From the NCBI GenBank assembly GCA_976551045.1, contig CDPCPM010000010.1:37448001-37512000 (forward strand): DNA of 64,000 nt, written 5' to 3'. Under the pieces are notes generated by a model. The model saw only the letters and a list, made by a program, of their open reading frames with translations, made no database searches and was not told the origin of the DNA. Every line of letters begins with the position of its first letter. The stretch's first letter is position 1. This DNA comes from Glaucostegus cemiculus. Taxonomy: Eukaryota. This document shows, in pieces, positions 45,831 to 59,180 of the stretch. Made by a program: the position numbers and the translations under genes.

Positions 45831-46163
45831 AGTAGGACTTAAAAGCAGAACTTTCTGACAGAGACAAGAATGGCCTCAACTGCGTCACTCAGGGGAATAA
45901 AGCAGAATACAGAGACTATAAAAATCCATTGGACTTCGCGCGAGCCTTTGTTTAACATGATGTGACAACAAAACGGAGTGTATACGTGCAGAAGAAGAAA
46001 GATATCCCTGCAGATAGGAACGTAAAACCAATTCGCAGGCATGTTTATTTAGAGCAAACAAAAATAGCCAACAAGCTGGGTTTCAGGTACTTCCACACTG
46101 AATCTGTTAAGGTGTAAGTGATCTCGACACCAATAAGAAATTTCCCTCTAGAAAAATCCCACA

Positions 46164-46345
46164 AAATTCTGGAATACTCAATGGGTCAGGAAAAATCTGT
46201 GGGAAGACAATCAGTTGATATTTCAGGTCGACGACGCTACGATATTGACTGCACGTTAATCCCCAAATAACTCTTTCACCTGAAACATTAACTCTACTTC
46301 GTTTCCCACCGATGCAGCTTGACCTGATGAGTATTTTCAGCATTT
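46164..46345. repeat. Inverted pair of Penelope-like terminal repeats (hairpin)
   Basis: 46164-46228 is an imperfect reverse complement of 46278-46345 (acctgaaa...aact...ttcccac.gat...tgacc..tgagtatt..cag.attt). Confidence 0.7.
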
Positions 46346-46351
46346 CTTATT

Positions 46352-48853
46352 TTAGAGTTTGCCTTTTGTTTTGAAAAACCTCACCTCATTGTCTTCAGTC
46401 TTACTGTAATTATCAGAATTTGTCACTCTGATGTATTCCTTCCCAATGGACTCATTCCTGACGCAATCATTTCCGGGAGATGATCTGCGCGTGTTTGGAT
46501 TGACCAAATCTCCTTTCATCGACTGTAATGTTGAGCATGATTCGTACCGGAAACTCTGGGAAAGTGGATCTCCCCCAAATACCTCAACATAGTTCGGTGG
46601 TATGTGAAGGCTTCTACTGGCCTTCTGAATTCCATTGAAAGAATTTCTTGTTTCTAAACAGCAACAGATACCAAGGAAACCGTGCTGGTCTCCCAAACCT
46701 CTCCTATCTTTATGAAGTATTGAGGCGAGGATAATTAAAACCATCAGGAAAATGGCAGAGATTATCCCCAAAGCGATTACCAATGAAAGGCTTATATCAG
46801 GAGTTAACCCAGCATCGTTAGACAGACTGGTAACACTTGAGAACGTTTCACTATCCCCGTCTACCACAGTTAATAACATAGTCAATGTGGCTGAGAGTGA
46901 CGGAGTTCCATGATCTTTTACCACAATCACCAGTCTTTGTTTAGTGGCATCCGTGTTCGCAATTTGACGGATAATCCAAATTTCACCAGTATCTAACGAA
47001 ATAGTAAAAAGATTAGAATGTGTAGCCTGCAGAATATGATAAGAGAGACGAGCGTTCTCTCCGGCATCCGCATCGGTAGCCAATATCTTTGCAACCAAGT
47101 ATCCTGGTTCTGCAAATCTGGATATTGTTTCTGTTGCTGTTGACCCATATTCGGGCAAAGGATTCACGATCACTGGGGCGTTATCATTCTGATCTTGGAT
47201 AACAACATCCACTGAAGCGTTGCTGGTGAGCCGTGGGACTCCACAATCCTGCACTTGAACCTGAATTTGAAACTTCTTTAATTGTTCGTAGTCAAGAGTT
47301 CTCTGAGCAAATATTTCGCCACTCTGTGAATTAATAGAGACAAAAGTAGAAATTGGGGTGCCCTGGAAATGCGTCGGTAATATAGAAAAAAATAATCGAG
47401 CGTTTTCCCCCACATCTGGATCAAAGGCTGTCACCGAAAATATAGAAGCACCAATTATATTGTTCTCCTTAAAACTTGCTGTGTATACAGGCTGCGTAAA
47501 TCGCGGTGAGTTGTCATTTATATCCGACACTTCTATCAGAATATTTTTCTTGGAAGTTCGTGGAGGGTTACCTGCATCCGTGCATGTTATAGTAACATCA
47601 TACCTGGAGACATTTTCGCGATCCAGCACATGATTAATGACTAGTTTATAGTAATTTTTCTTGGATGAATCCAGTTTAAATGGTAGTTTATTCGAAATTT
47701 GACATTGTACGTGTCCATTTTTTCCCGAATCTTTATCAGCTGCAGTGAATAAAGCCACTATACTCCCAAGAGGGACGTCTTCAGGAACGGCACTTGAAAT
47801 CGATCTTAATTCCACATCAGGTGCGTTATCATTCACATCAACGATGTCCACGAAAACATCACAGTGCTCCGGTATTGCCCCAGAACCCTTGTCTATTGCT
47901 TGTACGTTAATCTCAAAGGCACTGTTTCTTTCATAATCTAAAACTCCTTTAACTCTGATTTCACCAGTTTTGGAATCCACGTCAAATAGTTCACGCACTA
48001 TCGCGGAACTGTGGCTACTGAAGGAGTACGTTATCTCGCCATTGGGACCATCGTCCAAGTCGGTGGCGTTTAATCTGATGACTAATGTTCCCTGGGGAGC
48101 AGATTCCAGCAAAGTAATCCTATACACTGACTGGGGGAAAACAGGCGCGTTGTCGTTTACATCTTTCACGGTGATTGTAACCTGAACCGTGTCCGATCTC
48201 AAAGGAACACCGCCGTCTTTCGCTATTACCATTAATTTATGTTTTGATATCCTTTCTCTGTCCAAGGGTTTCTGTAGAACCAATACGGGCAGCATTCTTT
48301 TGTCACTGCGCATTTGTACATCCAAAGCAAAATATTCATTCGGAAGAAGCTGATACGTTTGCAATGAGTTAGTCCCAATATCCGGATCGTGCGCGGACTC
48401 GAGAGTAAAGCGCGTTCCCGTGGCGGCAATCTCAGAGATTTCAAGGCGGATATGGTTCTTCTGAAAACTGGGGGCATTGTCATTTACATCAAGAATCTCC
48501 ACCTCCGCCTGATACAGGCTTAATGGATTTTCTAACACCACGTCCAGGGATAAAACACAATCGAGATTCAGCCCACAAAGCTCTTCCCTGTCGATCATTT
48601 CCTTCACAATTAAATTGCCATTCCTCAAATTTATATCGACATATTGTTTGCTCGGCCCAGCCGTTACTCGTAAACTGCGAGCTGACAGCTGCTCCACATC
48701 TAAACCCAAATCGGCAGCGATGTTCCCAACAAAGGCGCCTAAATGCAGTTCTTCAGGAATTGAATACCGAATCTGCCCAGAGCACATGTTCCCGGCGGAA
48801 AGCACAAAACATAGCAGTTGGTATTTCAGGAATATATGTATTTTATAACTCAT
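46352..48853 (-). CDS. Clustered protocadherin variable exon, intact (833 aa to read-through stop; donor at 46385)
   Basis: Signal peptide; GQIRYSIPEE...DREELCGLNLDC; six EC repeats; TM LSLVIALGIISAIFLMVLIILASIL; VCD CCC...NYVEVFGGDPLSQSFRYESC; GAG|GTGAGG donor. Confidence 0.96.
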   Translation of the reverse strand: MSYKIHIFLKYQLLCFVLSAGNMCSGQIRYSIPEELHLGAFVGNIAADLGLDVEQLSARSLRVTAGPSKQYVDINLRNGNLIVKEMIDREELCGLNLDCVLSLDVVLENPLSLYQAEVEILDVNDNAPSFQKNHIRLEISEIAATGTRFTLESAHDPDIGTNSLQTYQLLPNEYFALDVQMRSDKRMLPVLVLQKPLDRERISKHKLMVIAKDGGVPLRSDTVQVTITVKDVNDNAPVFPQSVYRITLLESAPQGTLVIRLNATDLDDGPNGEITYSFSSHSSAIVRELFDVDSKTGEIRVKGVLDYERNSAFEINVQAIDKGSGAIPEHCDVFVDIVDVNDNAPDVELRSISSAVPEDVPLGSIVALFTAADKDSGKNGHVQCQISNKLPFKLDSSKKNYYKLVINHVLDRENVSRYDVTITCTDAGNPPRTSKKNILIEVSDINDNSPRFTQPVYTASFKENNIIGASIFSVTAFDPDVGENARLFFSILPTHFQGTPISTFVSINSQSGEIFAQRTLDYEQLKKFQIQVQVQDCGVPRLTSNASVDVVIQDQNDNAPVIVNPLPEYGSTATETISRFAEPGYLVAKILATDADAGENARLSYHILQATHSNLFTISLDTGEIWIIRQIANTDATKQRLVIVVKDHGTPSLSATLTMLLTVVDGDSETFSSVTSLSNDAGLTPDISLSLVIALGIISAIFLMVLIILASILHKDRRGLGDQHGFLGICCCLETRNSFNGIQKASRSLHIPPNYVEVFGGDPLSQSFRYESCSTLQSMKGDLVNPNTRRSSPGNDCVRNESIGKEYIRVTNSDNYSKTEDNEVRFFKTKGKL

Positions 48854-49061
48854 TTCAAGTGCAAAGCCTTCCTATTGCTTCACTACAAGACAGTACTATG
48901 CATTGTCCTTGACACAGTTCTTCAGATTCCCGTTTGTAAAGCTCGAAAAAACACAGAATATAAAATACCTTTCCATTTTGCGAACCGATCGGATTAGTTC
49001 ATTTGTAATTTTCCTCTAAAGTGCTTTACAATTGCGGTAAGATCCGTGAACAAAAGGGACA

Positions 49062-49275
49062 GAGCTGCGCACTACCCGATTTCATTCTCCTTCTGATTTT
49101 ACGTGATGGTGGCTGAGTAATGGAAGGGGCCGTCCGGATCACCAGTTTCCTTGCAGCTTCTGATTGGTGAACGTAGGCACAGTGTTTATCGGCCAATCAG
49201 AATTCCCATTACTTCTTAAAGCTGCAGTGCCTCAAAATTGGACAGTGCAACTGTATTTAATGTTGCACAACATAA
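49062..49275 (-). promoter_or_regulatory. Pcdh promoter cassette
   Basis: Plus strand: gagctgc...acgtGATGGTGGCTGAGTAATggaaggggccgtccggatcacc...ATTGG(49163)...CCAAT(49193)...TTCTTAAAGC(49213)...tgttgcacaac. Confidence 0.8.
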
Positions 49276-51269
49276 AAACCAATGAAGCCTTAATTTCAGT
49301 ATTTTGACAATTCTGCCCAAGGAAAACTTGCCCGGAGCAAATTTAATTCTCTTATGCTGATTACCTCCCTAAATTCTGCAATATATAAAACAAAACCAAT
49401 GCAAACGCATTGGGAGTCACAATGGATCACCAATTTTGCTCCAGCTGCAATCTAAGTGCAATTTTCGCATGAAGCGTCTCCAATTTTAAAATATTGTAGA
49501 CTTCTAGTCAAGGTAGATTGCATTACATAATTCAATGATTGCTTCCAATGAAAAAAAAACCAATAAGAATACTCAAGGTGCAATTCATCACTTTTCATTC
49601 AAGCGGATATCCATCGCTTCATTTACGTGTACTCGACCTCATGTCCTCGAATAAGTAAAATAAAACAATCTTTTTCATATAATACATCGGTCTTTTGAGT
49701 ATTTGGTTTTTGGAATGTCCGATGTTAGAATCCGTGATCAAGCGGTGCCGTACACTGGATAATTTGTTTTATTGTATTCTACACAAATTTGCCCAATATT
49801 TGTGTGGTTGCACCTTTTTTTTATGAAATAAAAGTAAGTTTTCTAAGCCTCTATTGAAACATTGTTTCGAAATAGTTAGCTTAATCATGAACACTTCCAA
49901 AATGTTTTTAATGTACATATCAATTTGGGGAACGGACATAACGTCGGCACAACTTGAAAATCAATCCCTCTGAGGAGCTTCACATTTTCACCTTGCGTAA
50001 TGGCCAGGTGTTTTTTAAATGCATAATGTTCCTTCCATGTCTGTTTGTTCTTTATGGTGGTGATCTTTTCTTATATTCCACAAAATTATTGATGTTATTT
50101 CCATAATCATTACAGTTAGAACCTTAACGAATGCAGGTTTTAAAGGTAAGCCCGATTTTAAAAGTTTGTCCTGATTACTGTGAAACGAGTTGCACTTACT
50201 TCAGCTCGCTAATTGTCCATCCAGCTTTATTCCAGTCCACATATAAGGTCCCTTCTTTGATCATTAGATTCAGAAATACAGCGAAGAGTAGGGATCGAAG
50301 AAGACCCTTATCAGAAATAAGTGTGCTATCTACCTCTGCCTTCTCATGCTTAACATAAGTTCCGAGGATATTATGGTGAGGAATAACGACAAGCAACTCG
50401 CACTCCCAGTTAAAATATACATGTTTTACTTAGTTTTATAGGGGTATATAAGCGTAAGTTTAGGGATAGGGCGCACAGGGGTTTAAATTAACTCTCTATA
50501 GGAGGGACACATACATACATCCTTAACGTTAACCCTCACACGCAATGTCTAACTGTGCAAAATATTGTCATAATTTATTGGGGGAGAGCTGTAGCCTGAC
50601 TTTCATGAACCTGGATAGAACAAATATAATAAATCTGAAAATCCAAAGTTTTCTGCCAATGATTTGTTGCTTCTCCATTGGCAGCACAGTTTTGTAACCT
50701 TCTTTGATGTAACCTGCAGGTATTATTGAACTATTCAGCACTCGGGAATTTACCAATTATTTCAAATCAGGGAACTCTGAAAAAAGTTATGCTGTAATGT
50801 CTGGGTAAAGGGAACGTTTCAGTAATCTATCAAGGCACAATTACTAATCAACCACCCCAGCATATTGGACGGAAAATAAATCGTGTGTCTTTCCATTCAG
50901 ATTGGCAGTCCATGAAATACATAGCTTAATATTCCACGGATTGTAACCTAGTTGAATTACTTTAAATTTTAGTTTTGTTATGATATTTCAAGTTCCATCT
51001 TGAACACTTGTATGAATTCTAGTTTTTATTTACACTATGAATGTTTAAAGTGGTGCATAAAGATTGTGATTTTTGTTTCCGGATAAACACTGAATATTCT
51101 TCAATGATTTTGGCTGCTCGTCTCCTTGATAACAACAATGATAATGGTTGCCAGAGTCCTCATTGAATTAAAGTCCAACAGGCGAAATACGCGTGACAGG
51201 GAATGCATGTAAACGAGAGGAGCCATCGCCTGTCGTATTCACTGAGCTGTAAACCTCGGCATCTTATAG

Positions 51270-53200
51270 AAGCAGGGATATTACTAGCAGGAGGAGACTA
51301 TTTGGTTGTTCGAGTCTAATGTTTCATTCACTATGATCACAGCTAACGTTCAAATTCAGAACGTGTCCCTGCTTTCTCCTCGCATTTCTTCGGCCAACAA
51401 CATTAACTTTTATCGGTTCTTGTGTGTATTTAATGATTTAACCTCAGTTGCCTTGCAAAGTGGAGAATTCCACAGGTTCACCCACTCCTTGGTTGAAGTA
51501 ATTTCTCCCGAGCTAAGTCCGACATGGCTTATAGTATATATTTTCTCTTTGACCACTGATTCTGGATTTTCCCGCCAGCGGGAACATATAATTTGTCAGG
51601 TCCTGTTAAAAGAATTGCACGTTTTTATCACGTCCTTTCATTCTTCTGAACTCCAGCGAATTTGAGCATAATGGACCCAATTTCTTGAAACATGTCAGTT
51701 CTGCCTTCCAGGGAATAAAAGTGATAAACATTCGCAGCACTCCATACATCTTAAGAATGTCCATTTTGAGAGAAGTAGAACAACAAACACTTCACATAAT
51801 ACTTAAGGAATGAGACTATCAATGTCCCATAAAATGCAGTAGCAGATATCTGTTCCTGTATTACCTTCCTTTTGAAATGAAGGTTAACATACCAGATGCG
51901 TTTCATTAACTAGTGCACATATACTACCTCGGCTTCTGTGCAACTTATGTTTCATAGATATTGCTATTCAGATAACAACCTGTCTTCCTGCGTTTTAAAC
52001 AAAATGGATAACCACATTTATCCACATTACATGGCATCAGTTATACTGTACACTTGCCAGCCCACTCAACATGCCTAATTCAATCTGAAATATTGCTCCT
52101 TGCTCTGTATTATATTCAGTTCCACCAACAAAACATGTAAAACTGAGGGGCAAACACAAAGCCCCGTGTACATCACAGGCGCTTCCTGCTATTCGGTAAA
52201 GGATCTGCTTATTGTTACTGTGTTATTTCTTGTCTGTCAACCATCTCTCTATCAATGACAGTACATTAGTTCTATTCCCATGTTCTTTAACTTTGCACAC
52301 TTATCACCGATGATGCATCTTGTGAAGGGCCTTCTGGAAATGCAAACCTATTGATTCTCCACATATTCAAAATATTCTGGTAACTTTGTCAATTATAATC
52401 TCACTTTTGTAAACCCATGCTGAATTTGTTTGAACTTATCGTTGTTTTCCAAATGTTCTGCTACGGAATCGTTATAATGGATGCTGGATTTTTTCCACAA
52501 TCAATATCATACGAAGTGAGTTATAATTAGCAGTTTTCTCTCCTCTTCCCCCTTTTAAATCATGGAATGACTGTAACTACGCTCCAGTGCGTGGGAACTA
52601 AAGAATATTGCAAAATGACTGCTAAGGCGTTCACTGTTTTTAGGACTACTTTTTTTTTTACAGACTCTGAGATGCAGGCTGTCAGAGCCTGGAGATTTAT
52701 TAGCCTTCACTTTCATTAATATCTTATACTCCGTTTACCATATGATACTGATTTCCTTCGGTTCCTCCCTTCCGCTGGACTTTAGGTCCCCTTACATTTC
52801 TGAATATTATTTTTGTCCTCCTCTGAGAAGATAGAGACAAAGTATTTGTTCCAGTGGTTTGCAAATTTTGGGTTCCTCATGATGTCTTTCTGTCTTTGTG
52901 TCTCTCATTGTTTTTAATGTGACCAGCACCTTGATCTGTGGAGTACGGTATTTCGCTTCTATGCATGCTGAATGTGTATATGGAAATGACAATAAAATTG
53001 ATTCTGATTCTGATAAATTTCCACTGTTTCTGATAGTACGCGGCCTACATTTGTGTTCACCTATTTTTGTTGACGTCTTCACACAGCTACAGGAGAGTTT
53101 GCAGTCAGTTTTACATCCCCTGCAGCTTACTTTGTATTGATTTTTCCGTGCACACTGTTCTCACCAGTTCTATTGTAACTATCATATGCATTAATGCATT
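51270..53200 (-). mobile_element. Highly degraded CR1 LINE
   Basis: Starts with a decayed CR1 3' end (agcaggaggagactatttgg...cattcactatgatcacagct). Internal CR1-like motifs (ggagaattccacaggttcaccc, gccttctggaaatgcaaa, aaacccatgctga). No ORF. Confidence 0.5.
52895..53012 (+). mobile_element. Short LINE/SINE 3' end with (GATTCT)n tail
   Basis: gacaataaaattgattctgattctgat: polyA signal followed by a hexamer tail. Confidence 0.45.
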
Positions 53201-54129
53201 CCCAGTTGAGTTAGCAGTTATATTGATTTGCTTGTCCAAGACGAGTGTCTTAATATTTGACGAACTGAACTACGTGTCATATATGTCTGTATAAAAGCTG
53301 TTTAATATGTCTATATCATTTTAACGGTGAATTCAAGTGTTTCCACAAAGTTCAAAACTGTTTTCCGTGATTACGCATACAATTTATTCCTTCAGTCATT
53401 AGGCAGTAGCTTTTTGATGACTTCAAATTAATGGAGAGAAGAACAAAGGAGGAAAGCCCATGCTTGTGGTGTCAAAAGCCTAGGAAAATTTTAAGCAACT
53501 GATATATTTCGTCAACAGTTGACTTTGCGCAGTGTTATAAGAGAGACCAATTTGTTTGTATTTGTGATCCGAAGATCACTCCAACGTTAATTCGAACACC
53601 GCGGTTGACTGACTCAGTCCGACATAATATAAACAATGGGATTTAGTGACTGAGAAACTGAATTTATGATGGGGACAAAAGGCGATAGCTTCGGTCTTTG
53701 CAGGAATTAATATGACGAAATACCTGACCACCTGACAATGAATGATGGTGAAACAGTCTCAAAATTTAGCAGCAGTGCACCAGTCAGGAGAATTTAATAC
53801 AAAGAGGATGAGTGTTGTCAGTGATGGGAAGAAACTGTTATTTCTTTTTTGAATGATGGTGTGGAGTGATAGCATATCGATGAGAAATCAGAAGAAACCA
53901 ATTTTTAATACTTGAGACATCAGACGTGGTGAATCTTTGCAATGAAAGCGATGTCGACTTTGGCAATGCCTATACAGAGAAAAATGTAACTAAGTGAATG
54001 TTTTCTCATCCACCTCGGCCAAAATGGATCAGTGCTAGAAAATTATCATGTGGTCATCTTTGCCAAAGGTGCCGGATAAACCGTGAAAGCTGGAGGACAT
54101 AGAATGAGTGGAGATCTTAGTGAAGCAGT

Positions 54130-54400
54130 AGATTCTCATGGAGCTTAATATCGTAGACACTGAGAGGATTTCCCTTCGTGAGCAAATTCAAGAGGAGAGG
54201 CGCAGTCTCAGAAAACGGAACACCGTTTTAAGACTGAGATGAGAAAGAGTTTTTCTCTCATAGAGGTCTGCAAGTCTTTTCAAATCTTTGACACACAGAG
54301 CGACGGATAGGGGCAGAGTGTATATTCAAAGCTGAGATGGAGAGATTCCTTTTTTTAGTGGGGTTTTTGGGGAAAGGACAGGAAAGTGACTTAATTATTG
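54130..54400 (+). mobile_element. Old CR1 3' fragment
   Basis: tttaagactgagatgagaaagagttttttctctcatagaggt...tatattcaaagctgagatggagagattc. Confidence 0.5.
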
Positions 54401-55084
54401 AATCATCGATAATTCCACTGAATGTTGGTGTAGCAGGCTCGAGCGACACACGCTCCCACTTCTGACAAGGCTGCAGAATATTCGCGTGGTTTGGAAAAGT
54501 ATGGGTTTGGAGTTGTGCGGTAACTCGAAAAGTCAAAGTTCAAAGATTTTCTTCTGGTGTAAGAGCTCGGGAGAGTAACGATAGATTTGTAGGAGATATT
54601 GGATAGTATCTGAGTGGAAACAAATGTTGACATTATCCATAAAGGCAGAATTGGAAGTTTGCGATGAACAATTTCATAGGAATAGACTTGAGAGAGCTGG
54701 TCGTGAGTCTCATGACCAGGGTGAGTTTGGATATTACAGATACTAATAACCACCGTTTATATTGTGGTGGGATGCTCGTGTATTATACCAGAGACTCCTG
54801 TACTCACTTTCAGAAATAAAGATATTTCTTAAGAACGCACTTATGCGTGTGAGCTCCATTGAAAGACTGTGGAGAAATATGAAAAAGTCATTTCCTATCC
54901 CCACCTCCAATACTCTCTTAACTAAAACTATTGAATACGAATGATTCTTCAATATTAATGCGTGCTGAGTTCTTTTTATTCCGCAATGAAATGGCTGATT
55001 AAAAATAATAATGTGGATCAAAAATAATCTTCTTCATATCTGCTAGAGCTGTTATTCTGAGGCAAAATCCAGACAGGGAGAAAC

Positions 55085-55960
55085 CTATTGGTGTAGGGGC
55101 AAGTATTGCATCTACGACGTTGCAGGGGAAAATGCTGGGGTAGGGCAGGGTGTATGCGAGAGTGGGTGATGAGTGGATCAGAGACTCACGGAGACAGTGG
55201 TTCCTGCAGAAAACAGAAAGCTGAATGGCAGAAAGGGAGATGTGACTAGTGGTTGGACCCATTGCAGCTGGCGCAAATGGCGAAGGATGACATGTTGGAT
55301 GCTGAAGCTAGTTAGGTGAAGAGCCAAGAGAATTCCACCTCCATTCAGCGTGTGGGAGGATGTGAGAGCAGACTTCAGTGACATGGAGGAAGTACGAGTG
55401 AGGGCCTCATCAGCTACTGTGGAGGGTTGACATGTTTCCTGAAAATGGAGGATGTTTCAGAAGTCCTGGAATGGAAAGCCGCACATTGAGAGCAGGTGTG
55501 GCAGAGGTGGAGTAACTGAGAGAAGGAGCGGTGTCCTTTCAGGAAATCGGGTGGGAGGAGACTCACACCAGGCAACTGTGGGAATTTGTGGGTTTATTGT
55601 AGATGTCCGTGGATTGTTTATCTTCTGAGATGGAGACGGAGAGATCCAGAAAAGGGAGAGAAGTGTCAGAAATGGTTGAATTGCATTTGAGGGCAGGGTA
55701 GAAATTAAAAGAAAATGTGATGAATTTGACGAGCTCCACACGAATGCAGGAAACAGTACCAATGCAGTCGTCGATGCAGTGGAGAAAAAGTTGGTGAGGG
55801 ATGTCATATGTAATTTGGAACAGGAACTGTTCTAGGTAGCTGATAAAAAAGACAAGCACAGCTGCGGCGTAGGAGAGTGCTCATGGCTAACTTTTGATTA
55901 GTAGAAAATGGGCCGAATCAAAATAGAGGTTACTGAGGGTAAGAACAAGTTCTGCCAAGC
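55085..55960 (-). mobile_element. Penelope-like element reverse transcriptase fragment
   Basis: ORF 55563-55859 (YLEQFLF...QLFLHCIDDCIG...FYPALK...SDTSLPFLDLSVSIS...TDIYNKPTNSH) matches the PLE RT YIDD, LPFLD and YxKPT motifs. Confidence 0.85.
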
Positions 55961-56859
55961 GATCAGGTTGCTGGAGCAGGGGAATCAGTTGGTCTTTGCA
56001 TGCACAAATGTTCTATTTAAGACCATAAATTCGGCGTTCTGTTGAAACATGATTGAAATTGATTGTTTGCTCTCTGTGCAGTCTGTGAGTAAAGAGTAAG
56101 ATTTTAAAAAATATATTAATGCATACTAGCAACACTCCCTGTTTGAAAGTGTAAAATGTCCAGATCTGAAGGCGCCAATTTCCGTTGATAGCAAATGAAA
56201 GTCAAAATGAATAAATTATTGAAATTTGCCATATATTTTGCCAACAGATTCTTTGAAGAATAAGACGATTTTATCAACTTAAAGTACTGTTGGAAGCTTA
56301 TCAACCGATCTTCTGGCTTTTATTATTAGATCTCGTTCGGCATATTTTCGGTATAATTCCGTGGTGGCTATTGTAGCACTAAGTGCTAAAGATCGCCGTT
56401 TTCTCAGTGGCCAAGCAAAAGCACAGTTGATATTGATTAGAAAATGTTTAGCTCATACTGCTGGTAATGTGTGAATTAGAATTTTACGAAGTAGCATTAG
56501 TATTAGGAAAAGTTAAATACATTTTGCCTCAGTTATTCTTTGGTCAACATGGCGCGATCAAACCACTCAGCATCTTAGCAGGAATTTCATCACGTGTGCA
56601 ATATTTGGCCACCAATTTAAGCAATTTTTTGAGTTAGCCGAGATTATGCTCACTGCTAACACTAAAAATTAATCAACAATTATCAAGAGTCATTGAATGC
56701 TGAATATAATTTCAATACTGAACCAGAACTCAACATAACCTCGAAACGCAGCAAGATATAATTCCCCATTCAACCATTGTCAGTTGTCGCTCATGGAAAG
56801 CAAGTGGTGTAAGTAGGTCATGGCAGATTGAGAAACCACCATAAGAAAAAAATAAATAA

Positions 56860-57630
56860 AGCTAACATTTAAGTAATTGATGCATAGTTTACAAATAACT
56901 CTTGTCCTGTCCAGGCAAAGGGGTACAGACATTAGGGGAAGTTAAAGTTGGTATTAGATCAAATGAGAAAAAAATGAACAAAACTGCTGAATAACAGGAA
57001 TTGACAGAGTTGTCAAAATTGCAGAGAAGACCAGTTAATGAAGCAAGGGAAAGCAGAATAAGAGAGTAGTTCGGCGAGAAACATATTGAGCGACTAAATG
57101 GAGATCTGTAGATGTCAGAAAAGGAAAAGAGTTGACAAAGTTAATGTGGGCCATTTACAGATTGAGGAAGGAGAAGTTATGTTTGGCGTAAGGAAACGGC
57201 AGAGAAATTATCCAACTATTTTATGTATATCTTCCCAGAAGGTGCAGGAAGTCTTACAGAAATAATAAACCACCGCAAATTCAGAGAAACTGAACATCCT
57301 AAAACAATGATCATTATTATAAAACGTATTGTAGAAATTAATATGGCAAAATATAATAATGGCGAGCATCCTACGTTTTTAAAGGTGGAGCTATGGATGC
57401 AAGAATGGCCAATTTCTGTTCGAAATCCTAGAAGGAAGTGAATATAATCTTGTGTTTAAGGAAAGTGGTAGAGAGAAAATAGGGAAATATAGACAAGTTA
57501 GTCTTATATCAACTGGAGGAAAAGGCTGGACTTTATTTTAATGACACGTGGCACATGGATAATAATAATGCGATTGGGCAAAGGCAAGATATTTATAAAA
57601 TGGTAACCATGTTTTACAAATCTTATTGCA
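56860..57630 (+). mobile_element. Degraded CR1 internal fragment
   Basis: ttaatgtgggccatttacagattgag...ggagaagttat...ggaaacggcagagaaatta and agagagaaaatagggaaatatagacaagttagtcttatatc, a GNYRPVSL-like remnant. Confidence 0.45.
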
Positions 57631-57789
57631 ATTTAAGTTGCAATACATAAATGATTTTTTAAACGTAAATTATTATTTTTACAAAAAATGATATTGATAG
57701 ATGGTTTTAAGCACAGAATAAATAACTGTAATATCGTAACGAGAGCAAAGCAGTGTTTAAATTCCTGGAATTAGACACATTCTCTAAAA

Positions 57790-57990
57790 CGGTAGCCGGG
57801 TTATTGTAGAAACCCAACCAGGTCACCAATGTCCTTCACATCCTCAGCTGGTCTGACGTATATATTACTCCAGTCCCAAAAATCTGGTTGCTCACTGACT
57901 GCTTTCTCAGTTCAGGGGCAATGAGGATAGGGAAACAAATGCTGACGTTATCAGCGATATTCACGCACTCATGAAGGAATAAATTTTAAA
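57790..57990 (+). mobile_element. Shark-type SINE/LINE 3' tail remnant
   Basis: gtagaaacccaaccaggtcaccaatgtcctt...ggggcaatgaggatagggaaacaaatgctg...catgaaggaataaa; related tails at 9240-9420 and 26160-26340. Confidence 0.45.
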
Positions 57991-59180
57991 AACTTAAGAA
58001 AACATTTTTTCAAAGGTGAGTGCCTTCACAGATTTCAACACAATAGTGGCTGATCCGTTAATTCAGTACCACTGTTTTATACTAACCCCAGGGACTTCGA
58101 TTTTCTTTACATTTAACACATCTGTCAATCGTTAACCAGTTTACTCTACGATTATGACTCTACAGCCTACCTGACATTGTATGAAGACATACTTGAATTT
58201 CGTATGTTTCCGTGAGAACACTTCTTCTAAACTACGGGGTATGTAGATCTAGTCGTAAAACTTCTCCTCTCAGGGCAACCTCCATTCCCATATTCCAGAG
58301 ATACATCTGGTGGCGTTTCATTTATTGCCTTTTTAAAAATATCCTATTCGAGGCAAGGCAACCGTCTATATACAGTATTCCAAGTGTTGTGTTACCAGAG
58401 TCATATTTAATTGCAGAAAGACATGTTTGCATGTTTATTGAAACCTTCTTTCAATATTGTTTCCTTTTCAAATTGCTTGCTGTAGCTACATGATAAAGGT
58501 CAGGGATTCATGAACAAGGACGTTGTCGTTCATCTCAACCTGAACACTTCTCAGTCTCTCATTATGAAAAAAAATACATTATGTTTTTCAGCCAATATGG
58601 ACGACCTCACACATTTTATTTAAAATTGCATCTGCCATACTATCGGATTCACTTACCTTGTCTGTATCCCCTGAAAGACTTGGTATTACCCCATAACTGA
58701 GACTGCCAGGAAGCCTTTCATGATCTGTGTTCAATTATGTTGTTTATTCTCCTCAGTACTTACTTCCCCTGACAGTACGTCATCCATAAATGATTACTTT
58801 TGTTGATTATAGTTCCTCAACCTTTCGCTTGCTCATTTTTATAAAATATGTCTTCTTCTTCAGGATTTAATTCCTCACGTGGCTTTTTCTTAGACATATT
58901 TCCAATATTGCTCTACTCTATCTAGGTTTTCACAATGTGCTTTTCCTCTAGTTTCACGTTGTTTTATTACGGATATTGCTTGCATCGTGGTACAGATAGT
59001 TTCCTTCCTTTTAATACGTGTCATTTATTGAATTTTAACCCATTTGTTTATATTATTTTACTATTCATTCTCCTTACACCCAATCCAAACTGGCATTGCA
59101 ACTTTAAGCATTTCAATAAGTATTGCACTAATGTGACTCTCGTTGCTAATGAGTTTCATCAAACTTATGAGTGTTCACCA

